Shown: piece after piece, positions 7,975 through 16,192 of the stretch
Position numbering within the stretch: the first letter of the stretch is position 1
How the letters are laid out: each line of letters opens with the position of its first letter
DNA from: an uncultured Oligoflexus sp.
GTDB taxonomy: Bacteria > Bdellovibrionota_B > Oligoflexia > Oligoflexales > Oligoflexaceae
Direction of reading: 5' to 3'
DNA: 25,600 nucleotides
Assembly: GCA_964236955.1 (NCBI GenBank)
Contig: CAXSGP010000028.1
Span: 22,777-48,376, forward strand
Program-made: the position numbers and the translations under genes
Notes under the pieces: generated by a model
Seen by the model: the letters and a program-made list of their open reading frames with translations, nothing else
Told to the model about the DNA's origin: nothing
Database searches by the model: none

Positions 7975-9108
7975 ATGAAACTTCTCGAGCTTTTTCAGAA
8001 GAAAACGAGTGCTCTTGAAACCCTAGACTGGTCCTGGCTTGGCCAAAGACCATCGCTATACAAATTTCTGATTGAGGGCCTTGACGAAGCGGGTCGGCTT
8101 TTGCCCGATCATAGTCGTCTGCCTGATGAACATTATGTGAGACAAAGAGGTCATCTTGTAAAGGTTGCGGGTGCTCGTGACGGCTATCTTCTGCTTCATA
8201 CGCATCGCAAACCCCATCCAAGACAGGTCGAGGAAATCGTCCGTGTCTTTGCGCATGCCGTCGAGACATTCGATCCTGCGGATGTTAAAACCTTTTATGA
8301 AACTCTACTCGATCATGATCTGATGCCTTCGCTTGAACTATTGATGGAGCAGCTTTCCATTTATCCCCTGGATCCAGCCAGGGTTTTCACTTTCGCGGCG
8401 CAACTGGCGCTTCATGCAGCGGATCGACAGGCTCTGAAGTTTGCCTTGGTCGTCTTAAGTTTCTATCAGCTTCCCGAAGTTCGGGCGATGGCACTTTTGT
8501 TCTCGCAGCATGATGAGTTCACGTACTACGCGTTGCTTTGCCTGGAAAACTTTCAGGATCGCTTTCAAAGCGACTGCTGGATGCTGGCTCAATGCGTATT
8601 CGGATGGGGGCGCATCCACACGATAAGGGCTTTGGTGCCAACCCTGCGTGAGAATGAAGAAGATCTCATGGAATGGATGGTACGGGAAGGTTTTCATAAT
8701 ACTGTGGCCGACGGCTATCTCGCCGCAACCGTCGTCGATAATGGCCATCTCCTGGCACGACTGAGCGCCAAGACCATTGACAATGGACTTTTGCATGCCA
8801 GCGGAATCTTACTTGCCGCCCTACTCGATCCGAACTGTCCGGGTCCCGACATTAGCCACGTTAAAGATGGTTTAAAGTTAAGCAAGGAGTACCTGCGTCA
8901 CCTCAGTTGCAATAAACAAACTCATATGCATCAGCCGACACTGATTCGATTGAAGGAGATACTTATGGAATCGGCTGAGACCGAGGATCCCTTTATTCGT
9001 AGCCTACAGCGCAAAGGCTGGCGCGACGACAAAGACATTAAACGACAGTTGGCCCTGGTACTTGGCGACGAAGAACTTTTGCGGGCTTCCTTAGATACCG
9101 GATTATAG
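7975..9108 (+). CDS. Hypothetical alpha-helical protein
   Basis: 377-aa ORF with GGGGAG RBS and a downstream terminator. Motif-like segments HDEFTYYA, GWGRIH, WMVREGFHN; function not recognised. Confidence 0.8.
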   Translation: MKLLELFQKKTSALETLDWSWLGQRPSLYKFLIEGLDEAGRLLPDHSRLPDEHYVRQRGHLVKVAGARDGYLLLHTHRKPHPRQVEEIVRVFAHAVETFDPADVKTFYETLLDHDLMPSLELLMEQLSIYPLDPARVFTFAAQLALHAADRQALKFALVVLSFYQLPEVRAMALLFSQHDEFTYYALLCLENFQDRFQSDCWMLAQCVFGWGRIHTIRALVPTLRENEEDLMEWMVREGFHNTVADGYLAATVVDNGHLLARLSAKTIDNGLLHASGILLAALLDPNCPGPDISHVKDGLKLSKEYLRHLSCNKQTHMHQPTLIRLKEILMESAETEDPFIRSLQRKGWRDDKDIKRQLALVLGDEELLRASLDTGL

Positions 9109-9149
9109 CCTTTCCTGATGGCGTCAATGAGTTGACATGAAGTCTAGAG

Positions 9150-9184
9150 AAAAGAGCTGGGAGCTTGATCCGGGCTCTTTTTTT
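9150..9184 (+). terminator. Intrinsic terminator
   Basis: AAAAGAGCTGGGA-gcttga-TCCGGGCTCTTTT stem (one mismatch) ending in a T7 run, about 40 bp after the stop at 9108. Confidence 0.75.
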
Positions 9185-9398
9185 CGTCAATAAATTTATC
9201 ATAGAGACTGGATTTTACGTTCAGCCAGTAGGTAAAGGGCTCCAGCAGGCCTTCTCCGCCGTCCGAAAGAAGCGACAGATAGACTTATAAATGCCTGGCG
9301 GCGAGGGAAGCCAAGGAAGACTTGTCAGGCAAAAGCCCACTCTTTGGTCTCAGCCTTGCAGGAACAGTGAGCAGAACCTTAATCAAAGGATAAGCCTC

Positions 9399-9917
9399 AT
9401 GCAAAGCGCAACAGACAAGACACGAATGACTATAGTCGGTTTTTTTTCCGAAGCTTGGGATGCCGAGGGCGCCTTGGAAGAACTTAATTTTGCCGGTTTT
9501 GAGCAGAGGATTCGTTACATTGAGAATGGCAACGCCCGACATAGCGACAGCAGCAAAGGCCAGGGCGGAAGACTAAGAGAAGTTGACGGCTTTTTTGCCC
9601 GTCTCTATGGCTTTGACAGTGAAGAAGAATATTTAGACTCCCGGGGAAATTGGACAGTTAGTCCCGAAGCTGAAGAATATTTTACTAAAGCTTATGAACG
9701 CAAACATCACGTGATTTTCATTCGCACTAACAATGACGCCGCCAAAGCAATCGAGATTCTCCACCAGCATCATGGCAAAGTGGAAGAGCACCCCTTTGCT
9801 TTCTTTAGCTCTCTTCAGTCCGGCGACGACGAACATTTTATCGAGGGAAATAGCACGGGTTTATCCGCCCCCTATCACCAGACGGCTTTGCTTGAGCCAC
9901 CCGTTCAGGCGCCCTAA
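9399..9917 (+). CDS. Hypothetical protein, general stress protein (YflT/17M)-like
   Basis: ATG at 9399 with AAGGA RBS. TIVGFFSEAWDAEGALEELNFAGF...GFFARLYG...EAEEYF...AIEILHQHHG pattern. Confidence 0.6.
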   Translation: MQSATDKTRMTIVGFFSEAWDAEGALEELNFAGFEQRIRYIENGNARHSDSSKGQGGRLREVDGFFARLYGFDSEEEYLDSRGNWTVSPEAEEYFTKAYERKHHVIFIRTNNDAAKAIEILHQHHGKVEEHPFAFFSSLQSGDDEHFIEGNSTGLSAPYHQTALLEPPVQAP

Positions 9918-10211
9918 CGATTCGCAGCATCGGGTCTGATAGCCGTTCCATCGCTTTATTAGCCTTGCCAATATGGGTTTATAAAGCGATTGTTTTGGTC
10001 GTGCTCGAGCTTATATGCAAGGGCTTAGCGAGGCCCAGCCTGCCCGCCAAGGCCAGGGGAATAGAATTGACTCTGGACAGTGTTCGCAAAAGCGTCTTAG
10101 ACTTCCCCCCACGCATAGACCATTTTTCGGTCAGGCAAAAAAGGCACATTCACCTGTGCCCATGATTTTTTTAATTTTTCATTGAAGAACTATTTGAGGT
10201 TTTGATCAAAA

Positions 10212-10805
10212 ATGGTCCCGAAACATCTCAAGGCAAAGATCAGACATCAGATACTTTTTTTTAAAGAATTTCTGGAGCATCCGACCAGCGTCGGCGCTAT
10301 CATCCCATCCTCGGTATTTTTAGCGGGAAAAATGCTGGGGGAATCAAAGTCTCCCCGGCACATTGTCGAACTGGGACCAGGCACAGGTGCCTTTACCAGC
10401 TCAGCCCTTAAGCGCTTTCCCGAAGCAAAAAAATACTGGGCTTTTGAAATCAATCCGACTTTTCGCATGATTTTAAAACAACGGTTCCCAGAGATTATCG
10501 TTATGGAAAACGGCGCCGAACAAGCCGTTGAATGTCTAAAAGCTGACTCGGGAACCATCGATTTAGTGATTTCAGGCCTGCCCTTTGCCAATATTCCCTG
10601 GAGAATAAACAGGAAGATTATCGACGCCACCCACGAAATCATGCGGGAAGGGGCGATCTTTTCCACTTTTGTCTATTTTCATACCTATCAGCTGCCGGTT
10701 TTAAGACGGATGCGATCCTATTTAGAGGTAAAATTCAGCAAAGTGGAAGTATCACTGGTCTGGTATAACGTGCCTCCTGCTTTCGTCATCAAATGTACGA
10801 GGTAG
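10212..10805 (+). CDS. SAM-dependent methyltransferase, PmtA-like phospholipid N-methyltransferase family
   Basis: FFKEFLEHPTSVGAIIPSS, IVELGPGTG, VISGLP, VWYNVPPAFV. Confidence 0.85.
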   Translation: MVPKHLKAKIRHQILFFKEFLEHPTSVGAIIPSSVFLAGKMLGESKSPRHIVELGPGTGAFTSSALKRFPEAKKYWAFEINPTFRMILKQRFPEIIVMENGAEQAVECLKADSGTIDLVISGLPFANIPWRINRKIIDATHEIMREGAIFSTFVYFHTYQLPVLRRMRSYLEVKFSKVEVSLVWYNVPPAFVIKCTR

Positions 10806-10836
10806 TCAGTATGAATGAAGTCCCGGCAGGCCTTGT

Positions 10837-11064
10837 TCAATGTCTTTCAAATATAGCGATGACTTTGTCGAAGCAGGCAGGACAATAAAGGTCTTGGCTC
10901 ATAGAATCGCTGTCAACCTTGCTCATGACTTCGACTTGATCCAGGCGTAAAAACTCATGACATTTTCGGCAGGACAATTGGATTTTTTTACGCTTGATGG
11001 CATCAAGATCTGCCAATATTTTTGCACCCATAATCTTTTCGAGGACATTAATCTTGTCTGACAT
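10837..11064 (-). CDS. Small hypothetical protein with two CxxC motifs (possible zinc finger)
   Basis: 75 aa, CRKC...CPAC; GAGG RBS upstream. Confidence 0.7.
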   Translation of the reverse strand: MSDKINVLEKIMGAKILADLDAIKRKKIQLSCRKCHEFLRLDQVEVMSKVDSDSMSQDLYCPACFDKVIAIFERH

Positions 11065-11307
11065 TTCTATTTCCTCTTATCCCATTATGGGGCAGGTCAA
11101 AGCGGACTTTTATGTCCTGTTTAGCCATCCATTCCTGAGTTCCTTATTATCATGTCGATCGGATCTTTCGACAGGCGACTTGGAAAGAATCTGCTTAGGG
11201 AAAGCATTTTAGTCCTTACAAATCAAATGCTTAATCCCGTCCGGAAAAATATGGAATTTTCGCGCCAGGTACTTTTTGTAAGGCTTTAGTTGTTTTTTGC
11301 TGCGAAA

Positions 11308-12492
11308 CTAGGATCGATCGTCAGGGTTTTCATGAAAAGGTTTGGTCGGAGCGTTAAGCTCCCTAAGACTACAGTCAGCCTTTTCTGTGCCGAGACTGCC
11401 ATGAAAGGCTCTTTTAAGGTTCTGCCAATAGCTAATAAGGAGGTGATCTTTGGCGGTTGGAATCTGAAATTGCCGATAGTCGCTCTTGTCCTCTATCTCC
11501 TTCCAGCCGTCGCCCTGATGCAAATCGCCATTTTTATCAAAGTAAGCTAAGGAGCCAACATGCCAGTAACCCCCTCGACCAAACACGCCGATAGGCAAAA
11601 GCGTGACCGGATCGGAGTGATTGCGGATACGGACCATAGTAATCCTTTGCCTCTCGCTCAGTTCGTCAAAAATCCGGGCAAATACCGGGTTACCGACGCG
11701 GGGCGATCCTATTGTATAGGCTCCTTGAAGATGAACGTTGAGAAGCTCCCCTTGATCATGGAGGAGCATGATCTTCGCCACAAATAGTGTCGCTACTGCC
11801 GCGCCCAGGCTATGGCCCGTAAACCAAACGTTAATGATTTTGGACTGGGATTTGGCTTTGAGGAGTTCCAATAACTGGGTATCAAGTTCTTTATAGGCCG
11901 CATAGAATCCGGAATGAACCGCTCCCATTGATTCAAAAGGTTTTTGTAGAAGGTTGGCATCGGTACTCACATCCGACATTTCGTCAAACTCTGAGCCGCG
12001 TATGGCGATGATAGTTAGATCGAGCTGACGATTCTCGGCATAAAGAGCTTGAGTCGTTGGGCTAAAGATCCAGCTGTCCGACTTCCCGTTTAAAAATTGA
12101 ATCCCATCCTTCATTGATTTGGCGATCGCGTTTTCGTAGTCACTGGCCGATTGACCGTCATCTTTATAATCGCCACCATAGCTGATCCTATACTGCTGTT
12201 GAAGCTGATCGATACGAGCCAGACGCTCCGTTTCATTCTTCCAGCTATCATCGACCCCCTGTCTTTTTTCGCTCATATTTTTGAGTCGCAGGGTGTACCA
12301 GGCTTTTAAAAATGATGCCCCTTCGCCTTCTGCACCAAAACCCATCCCTTCAAGTTGAGGCCCGACAATTCCAAAGTGCGAATATGTGATCGAGGCAAAG
12401 TAGTCGAGCCATAGGGCATTGACAAGACTAAATGATTTTTTGAGAGGGCAAAAATCGAACTTAAGTCCTTCCAGTTCTATTTCGCATGTGAC
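11308..12492 (-). CDS. Class-3 lipase (alpha/beta hydrolase), apparently 5'-truncated
   Basis: IRGSE, VHSGF, nucleophile GHSLG, GSPRVG, DPV, YWHVG, C-terminal DH. The frame stays open 49 codons upstream of Met 12345 (FSLVNALWLDYFASITYS) with no ATG/GTG/TTG. Confidence 0.85.
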   Translation of the reverse strand, partial: VTCEIELEGLKFDFCPLKKSFSLVNALWLDYFASITYSHFGIVGPQLEGMGFGAEGEGASFLKAWYTLRLKNMSEKRQGVDDSWKNETERLARIDQLQQQYRISYGGDYKDDGQSASDYENAIAKSMKDGIQFLNGKSDSWIFSPTTQALYAENRQLDLTIIAIRGSEFDEMSDVSTDANLLQKPFESMGAVHSGFYAAYKELDTQLLELLKAKSQSKIINVWFTGHSLGAAVATLFVAKIMLLHDQGELLNVHLQGAYTIGSPRVGNPVFARIFDELSERQRITMVRIRNHSDPVTLLPIGVFGRGGYWHVGSLAYFDKNGDLHQGDGWKEIEDKSDYRQFQIPTAKDHLLISYWQNLKRAFHGSLGTEKADCSLRELNAPTKPFHENPDDRS

Positions 12493-12531
12493 TCAAGTCT
12501 AAATTGCTCAGAAAATCTTGGCAAATTCAAA

Positions 12532-12717
12532 GTGTTCGCTTGTGACTCGACCGAAGCCTGCAATGAAATGCGCTCCGAACTTGCTGAAAATCTCCCTGCC
12601 CCACACATTGAAGCCCGCAATAGTCTGCTCGTCATAGAAAATATTTCAGGTCTGCGCCTGAATGGTTTCATCGATACAAAAGGCAGCGAAACCCTTGCCT
12701 TTAAACGGGTGAATTAA
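12532..12717 (+). CDS. Small hypothetical ORF (or 3' fragment) translationally coupled to the Fic gene
   Basis: Its stop overlaps the Fic start (TAATG). The frame is open back to 12436 with no clear RBS or ATG. Confidence 0.5.
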   Translation: MFACDSTEACNEMRSELAENLPAPHIEARNSLLVIENISGLRLNGFIDTKGSETLAFKRVN

Positions 12718-13376
12718 TGATTAGCCGAGACGATTCTATCTTAGCGTTTTTGCAAGAAGACGTTCAAAGTATCTCTCTCGGCTCATGGGTTGCTCATCTC
12801 AAAGCTAGACAGGAACAATTATTCTTAGCCGAGAATCCCAATATTTCCAAACTGGGACAGCGTCGCATCCTGGCCTCGAATTCTCTCCTACGCTCACAGC
12901 CTGATCGCGAACGCTGGGATAAAAGCAATGCATTGATCAGTGAATGGATCCATGCAGACTCACCCTTTTCCCTGGATGCTTTGACCGCTCTGAACAGCAC
13001 TTTAACCGGCACCCAAAGCCTGTTACGATCGCAGCCGGTCTTTGGTTGTCAGGATGAATATCTGAGCCCGGACTGGCTTCCTTTGGCTATCCTCTTGCTT
13101 TCGGAAAGGCTTCCACTCATTGAAGAGCCTCTCATTAAAGCAGCCTGGCTCTATATTTGGGTCATCAACGTCCATCCTTTTGCCGATGGCAATGGCCGAA
13201 CGGCGCGACTTGCGGCCGATTGGCAACTTATAAGCGAAGGATATCCGCCGCTTTGTTTTGTATCCAATGTTCAAAGTCATGTGGCTTACGCTCAGGCTGA
13301 GCGCTTTGGCAGCTTGGAAGACAGTGTTGGGAAGTGCCTGGCTGCGATTGACCACAGCTATGATTTAATCTTTTAG
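12717..13376 (+). CDS. Fic/Doc family protein (putative AMPylase)
   Basis: Canonical HPFADGNGRTAR motif. Confidence 0.92.
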   Translation: MISRDDSILAFLQEDVQSISLGSWVAHLKARQEQLFLAENPNISKLGQRRILASNSLLRSQPDRERWDKSNALISEWIHADSPFSLDALTALNSTLTGTQSLLRSQPVFGCQDEYLSPDWLPLAILLLSERLPLIEEPLIKAAWLYIWVINVHPFADGNGRTARLAADWQLISEGYPPLCFVSNVQSHVAYAQAERFGSLEDSVGKCLAAIDHSYDLIF

Positions 13377-13459
13377 GGAAGTGTCCGCATCCACTGGGAA
13401 ACCCCGGCAGGAGTTTCGACTCTAGCCCTAAAAGCAAAGGCCGCCGGTCTATTCCATTC

Positions 13460-15589
13460 TCACGAACCCGTCTGCCGAAGGTCGGCGATCACGCTGCCTA
13501 TCGACTTGCGTTTCAAATAATGGGGTACAATAGCGATCATAGCCAAGGCTTTTTCAGAATTGCCTTCAATGTTCATGAATATCAAATGACAGCCTATATC
13601 ACCACGTTTCGCGCCTAGCTTACCCAGCTGTCTCTTCCCTTCCACCGGCTTCTCCGCCGCATCGGGCTCATGCAGGTCGTCTTTAACGAGCAGGATCTTT
13701 TCGCCGCTTTTGATCGATCGCTCGACCTTTTGCAGCAGCGCCAATGCTTTTCTATGGATGGGAGTCTTCGGTCGAAGCAAAATGACTTCGAGAATTTTTA
13801 ACGCCGGCTCAAAGTCTCCCTGCCTTACGTAGGCGAGGCCGAGGTTATAGGACACAGCAACTGCCAGTTCACCCCAGTTTTCGTCGAGGCAAAGAATTGC
13901 TTTTTTATAGAGAGAGATGCCATCTTCGTAGCGTCCCGAACGCGCAAGGGCTATGCCTCGGTTGTTGATATAGGAGGCGATTCTTGGGACGGATTCGAGT
14001 TCATCCATTGTCTTGACAGCAGCCGGGAGCTTGCCGCATTCCAGATCGACCTTACATTTTGCTTCCTGGACCAGGATGTTGTCGGGGTCCAGGGCGGAGG
14101 CCTCTGATATTGCCTTCAAGGCGGCCTCTTTCCTGTCGAGCTCGATATAGATTTCAGCAATTGTCAAAATTCTTTCGAGATTTATGGAACAAAGAGAATT
14201 CGCCCTTTCAAAGCATTTCAGGGCTTTCTCGTATTCATTGAGTTTGAGAAGGGCCTTGCCGACCAGGTTGAGCAGGAGAAGGGTTTCACCGCCGATACGG
14301 AGTGCTTCAACCCCAAGATCACAAGCCGACTTAAATTCATTGCGTGCGAGCGCAAATTCAGCCTGAAGCCCTTTTTTGGTGCCCTCTCCCGCCCGGCTAT
14401 CCTTAAGCAGCCGGCCTAGAAGAATCTCAGCTTCCTCCAGTTTTCCGCTGCTGACCAGAGCACGTATCTTTCTAACCAGTGATTTTGCTTCGGTCGGCAT
14501 TTTATGCTGCTGTATCGCCCCGATAACAACTGTGAAAAAAGCAGTCTTATCAAACGGTTTCTCGATTATGTCATCGATGCCCATTTCGACGAGGAGTGGC
14601 TTTTCCTCTCTCTTGATAAGGGAACTGATCAAGATGATAGGCACATCAACCAAACCGGAATGACGAATCCGCTGTATCAATACAGGTCCTGCCAGGCCCG
14701 GGATTCGCCATTCCATGATGATGAGGTCAGGCTCCTGACCTTTTACGCTCATCCACTCGAATGCGCTAAGTCCGTTATCGAAAGGCGCGATATTTGTAAT
14801 ACCCACGTGATTGAGGAGCGAGGTCGTTGCAAAGATCACCCCGGAATCAGGATCGATGATCACCACTTTCTTGATGCCCAAAGTGTTTTCACGGGTCGCA
14901 TGGGCTTCGGCCTCGACCGATTTTGGAACTTTGGCTCGCAGGTGTTTGCAGAGTGGAACTAAATTTTCGTCGATGATTTCCGCCTGGAACAAAAGATCCA
15001 GGGCGCGACCGTAATTGCCAACCTGAATTTCGGCTTCGGCCATATGAAAAAGAATTTTGGGACTTCCTGGATAGACCGACAGAAGATTTTGCTCCAGGGC
15101 CACTCGAGAGGCGTGCATGTTTTTTTCGGATAGAAATCGGCGCAGATAATCCGCTGCCGTTAAGGTCAGATTGGATTGGTGGCTGGCGATCAATCGAACG
15201 AGTTCCTGAAAGTCGTTATGAAGGGTATCTTTTACGTAAGCACGGGTTTGATAAGAGAGCAAACCAAGCTCAAAGGCCAAAGGTAGGCAGGAGTCATCAA
15301 CAAGAGGATCAAGCATAAGGGTGACCACGGTATCCTGAAGTTCAGGTTCCACCGTGATCAATTTTAGGATTTGTAAAGCATTGACAGGTTCCGCAGCAAG
15401 CATAGGCGTGACCAGCCAATGGATACGCTCCACTTCCATTATGCTCAAAGCGTCTTTGCCATGGGCAACGCCATGAAGGTGCTGAAAGCCAAGACTTTTA
15501 AGGACTTCCATGATCATCATTCGCACCGATGCCGCAGGCTCTATGACCAGCACCACGGCCTCTGCAATATCGCCAATGGAATGCTTCAT
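13460..15589 (-). CDS. Response-regulator-like protein with two atypical REC domains and TPR repeats
   Basis: REC1 starts VLVIEP; REC2 VVIIDPD...PDLIIMEWRIPG...EKPF. TPR helices (NLVGKALLKLNEYEKALKCFERA, NNRGIALARSGRYEDG, YNLGLAY). Confidence 0.88.
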   Translation of the reverse strand: MKHSIGDIAEAVVLVIEPAASVRMMIMEVLKSLGFQHLHGVAHGKDALSIMEVERIHWLVTPMLAAEPVNALQILKLITVEPELQDTVVTLMLDPLVDDSCLPLAFELGLLSYQTRAYVKDTLHNDFQELVRLIASHQSNLTLTAADYLRRFLSEKNMHASRVALEQNLLSVYPGSPKILFHMAEAEIQVGNYGRALDLLFQAEIIDENLVPLCKHLRAKVPKSVEAEAHATRENTLGIKKVVIIDPDSGVIFATTSLLNHVGITNIAPFDNGLSAFEWMSVKGQEPDLIIMEWRIPGLAGPVLIQRIRHSGLVDVPIILISSLIKREEKPLLVEMGIDDIIEKPFDKTAFFTVVIGAIQQHKMPTEAKSLVRKIRALVSSGKLEEAEILLGRLLKDSRAGEGTKKGLQAEFALARNEFKSACDLGVEALRIGGETLLLLNLVGKALLKLNEYEKALKCFERANSLCSINLERILTIAEIYIELDRKEAALKAISEASALDPDNILVQEAKCKVDLECGKLPAAVKTMDELESVPRIASYINNRGIALARSGRYEDGISLYKKAILCLDENWGELAVAVSYNLGLAYVRQGDFEPALKILEVILLRPKTPIHRKALALLQKVERSIKSGEKILLVKDDLHEPDAAEKPVEGKRQLGKLGAKRGDIGCHLIFMNIEGNSEKALAMIAIVPHYLKRKSIGSVIADLRQTGS

Positions 15590-15852
15590 AGCTTACCCAT
15601 ACCAGGCCTGAGGGACTTCGTGGATTTGTGTAGCAGCTGCCAGTCCCCACAGCAATCTTTGCCATACATTCGCAGGCCGGTTATAAAAATGCTAAAACCT
15701 AAGTCAATTTCTTCGATTAAACCTTTTTTCCCAAGTTTCAAAGCAGGCGTTTTAGAGTCAAAGAAGCCTAACTCTTCTGTATTGGGCTTCGGGAAAAGTT
15801 CTTGGTCTCCCTCTGCCAGCATGCGAAGGGCTTTAGGTTCATTGCCTGCCAT
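15586..15852 (-). CDS. Small hypothetical protein coupled to the REC-TPR gene
   Basis: 88 aa, GGGAG RBS, ATGA overlap with the downstream gene. Confidence 0.6.
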   Translation of the reverse strand: MAGNEPKALRMLAEGDQELFPKPNTEELGFFDSKTPALKLGKKGLIEEIDLGFSIFITGLRMYGKDCCGDWQLLHKSTKSLRPGMGKL

Positions 15853-15907
15853 TTCTTGGACTCCCGATCAACGGCATAGTCGATAGCTTCGACTGCGCTC
15901 CCGGGTC

Positions 15908-15934
15908 GTATCGGTGCTTAACCAGCCAACTTGA
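15908..15934 (-). promoter_or_regulatory. Putative sigma28-type promoter
   Basis: Minus strand TCAA-N15-ACCGATAC, 55 bp upstream of ATG 15852. Confidence 0.62.
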
Positions 15935-16192
15935 GATAGACAAGCGGCGCCAGCCGCCTAGCCAGTTCTTGCGATATTTAAGACCTAAGTTTCGATAAGA
16001 CTTTAAAAATAGTTTTAAAGGTATGAATTGGCATACTAAGAGTTGAGGATGGGAGTCACTTAATTAACAGGAACAATATTAACAAACAATAGTCCCTCCC
16101 AGGAAAGACTGCTACTTTCCGTAGAGTCGGCAGGCAAGAGAAAAACCTATTTTTATCCCTATATCGTATTTTAAAGTTTGGACGCTTCCTAT

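Noticed and set aside
9291..9398. Upstream extension of ORF 9291-9917
   Set aside because: No RBS at 9291; AAGGA precedes ATG 9399.
11156..11183. Third sigma28-like motif (CCAAG...TCCGATCG, minus strand) upstream of the CxxC gene
   Set aside because: Spacing is one base longer and both boxes are weaker; not supportable alone.
9965..13376. Possible mobile or defence island around the Fic and lipase genes
   Set aside because: No integrase, transposase, att-like flanks or tRNA seen; at most a variable accessory region.
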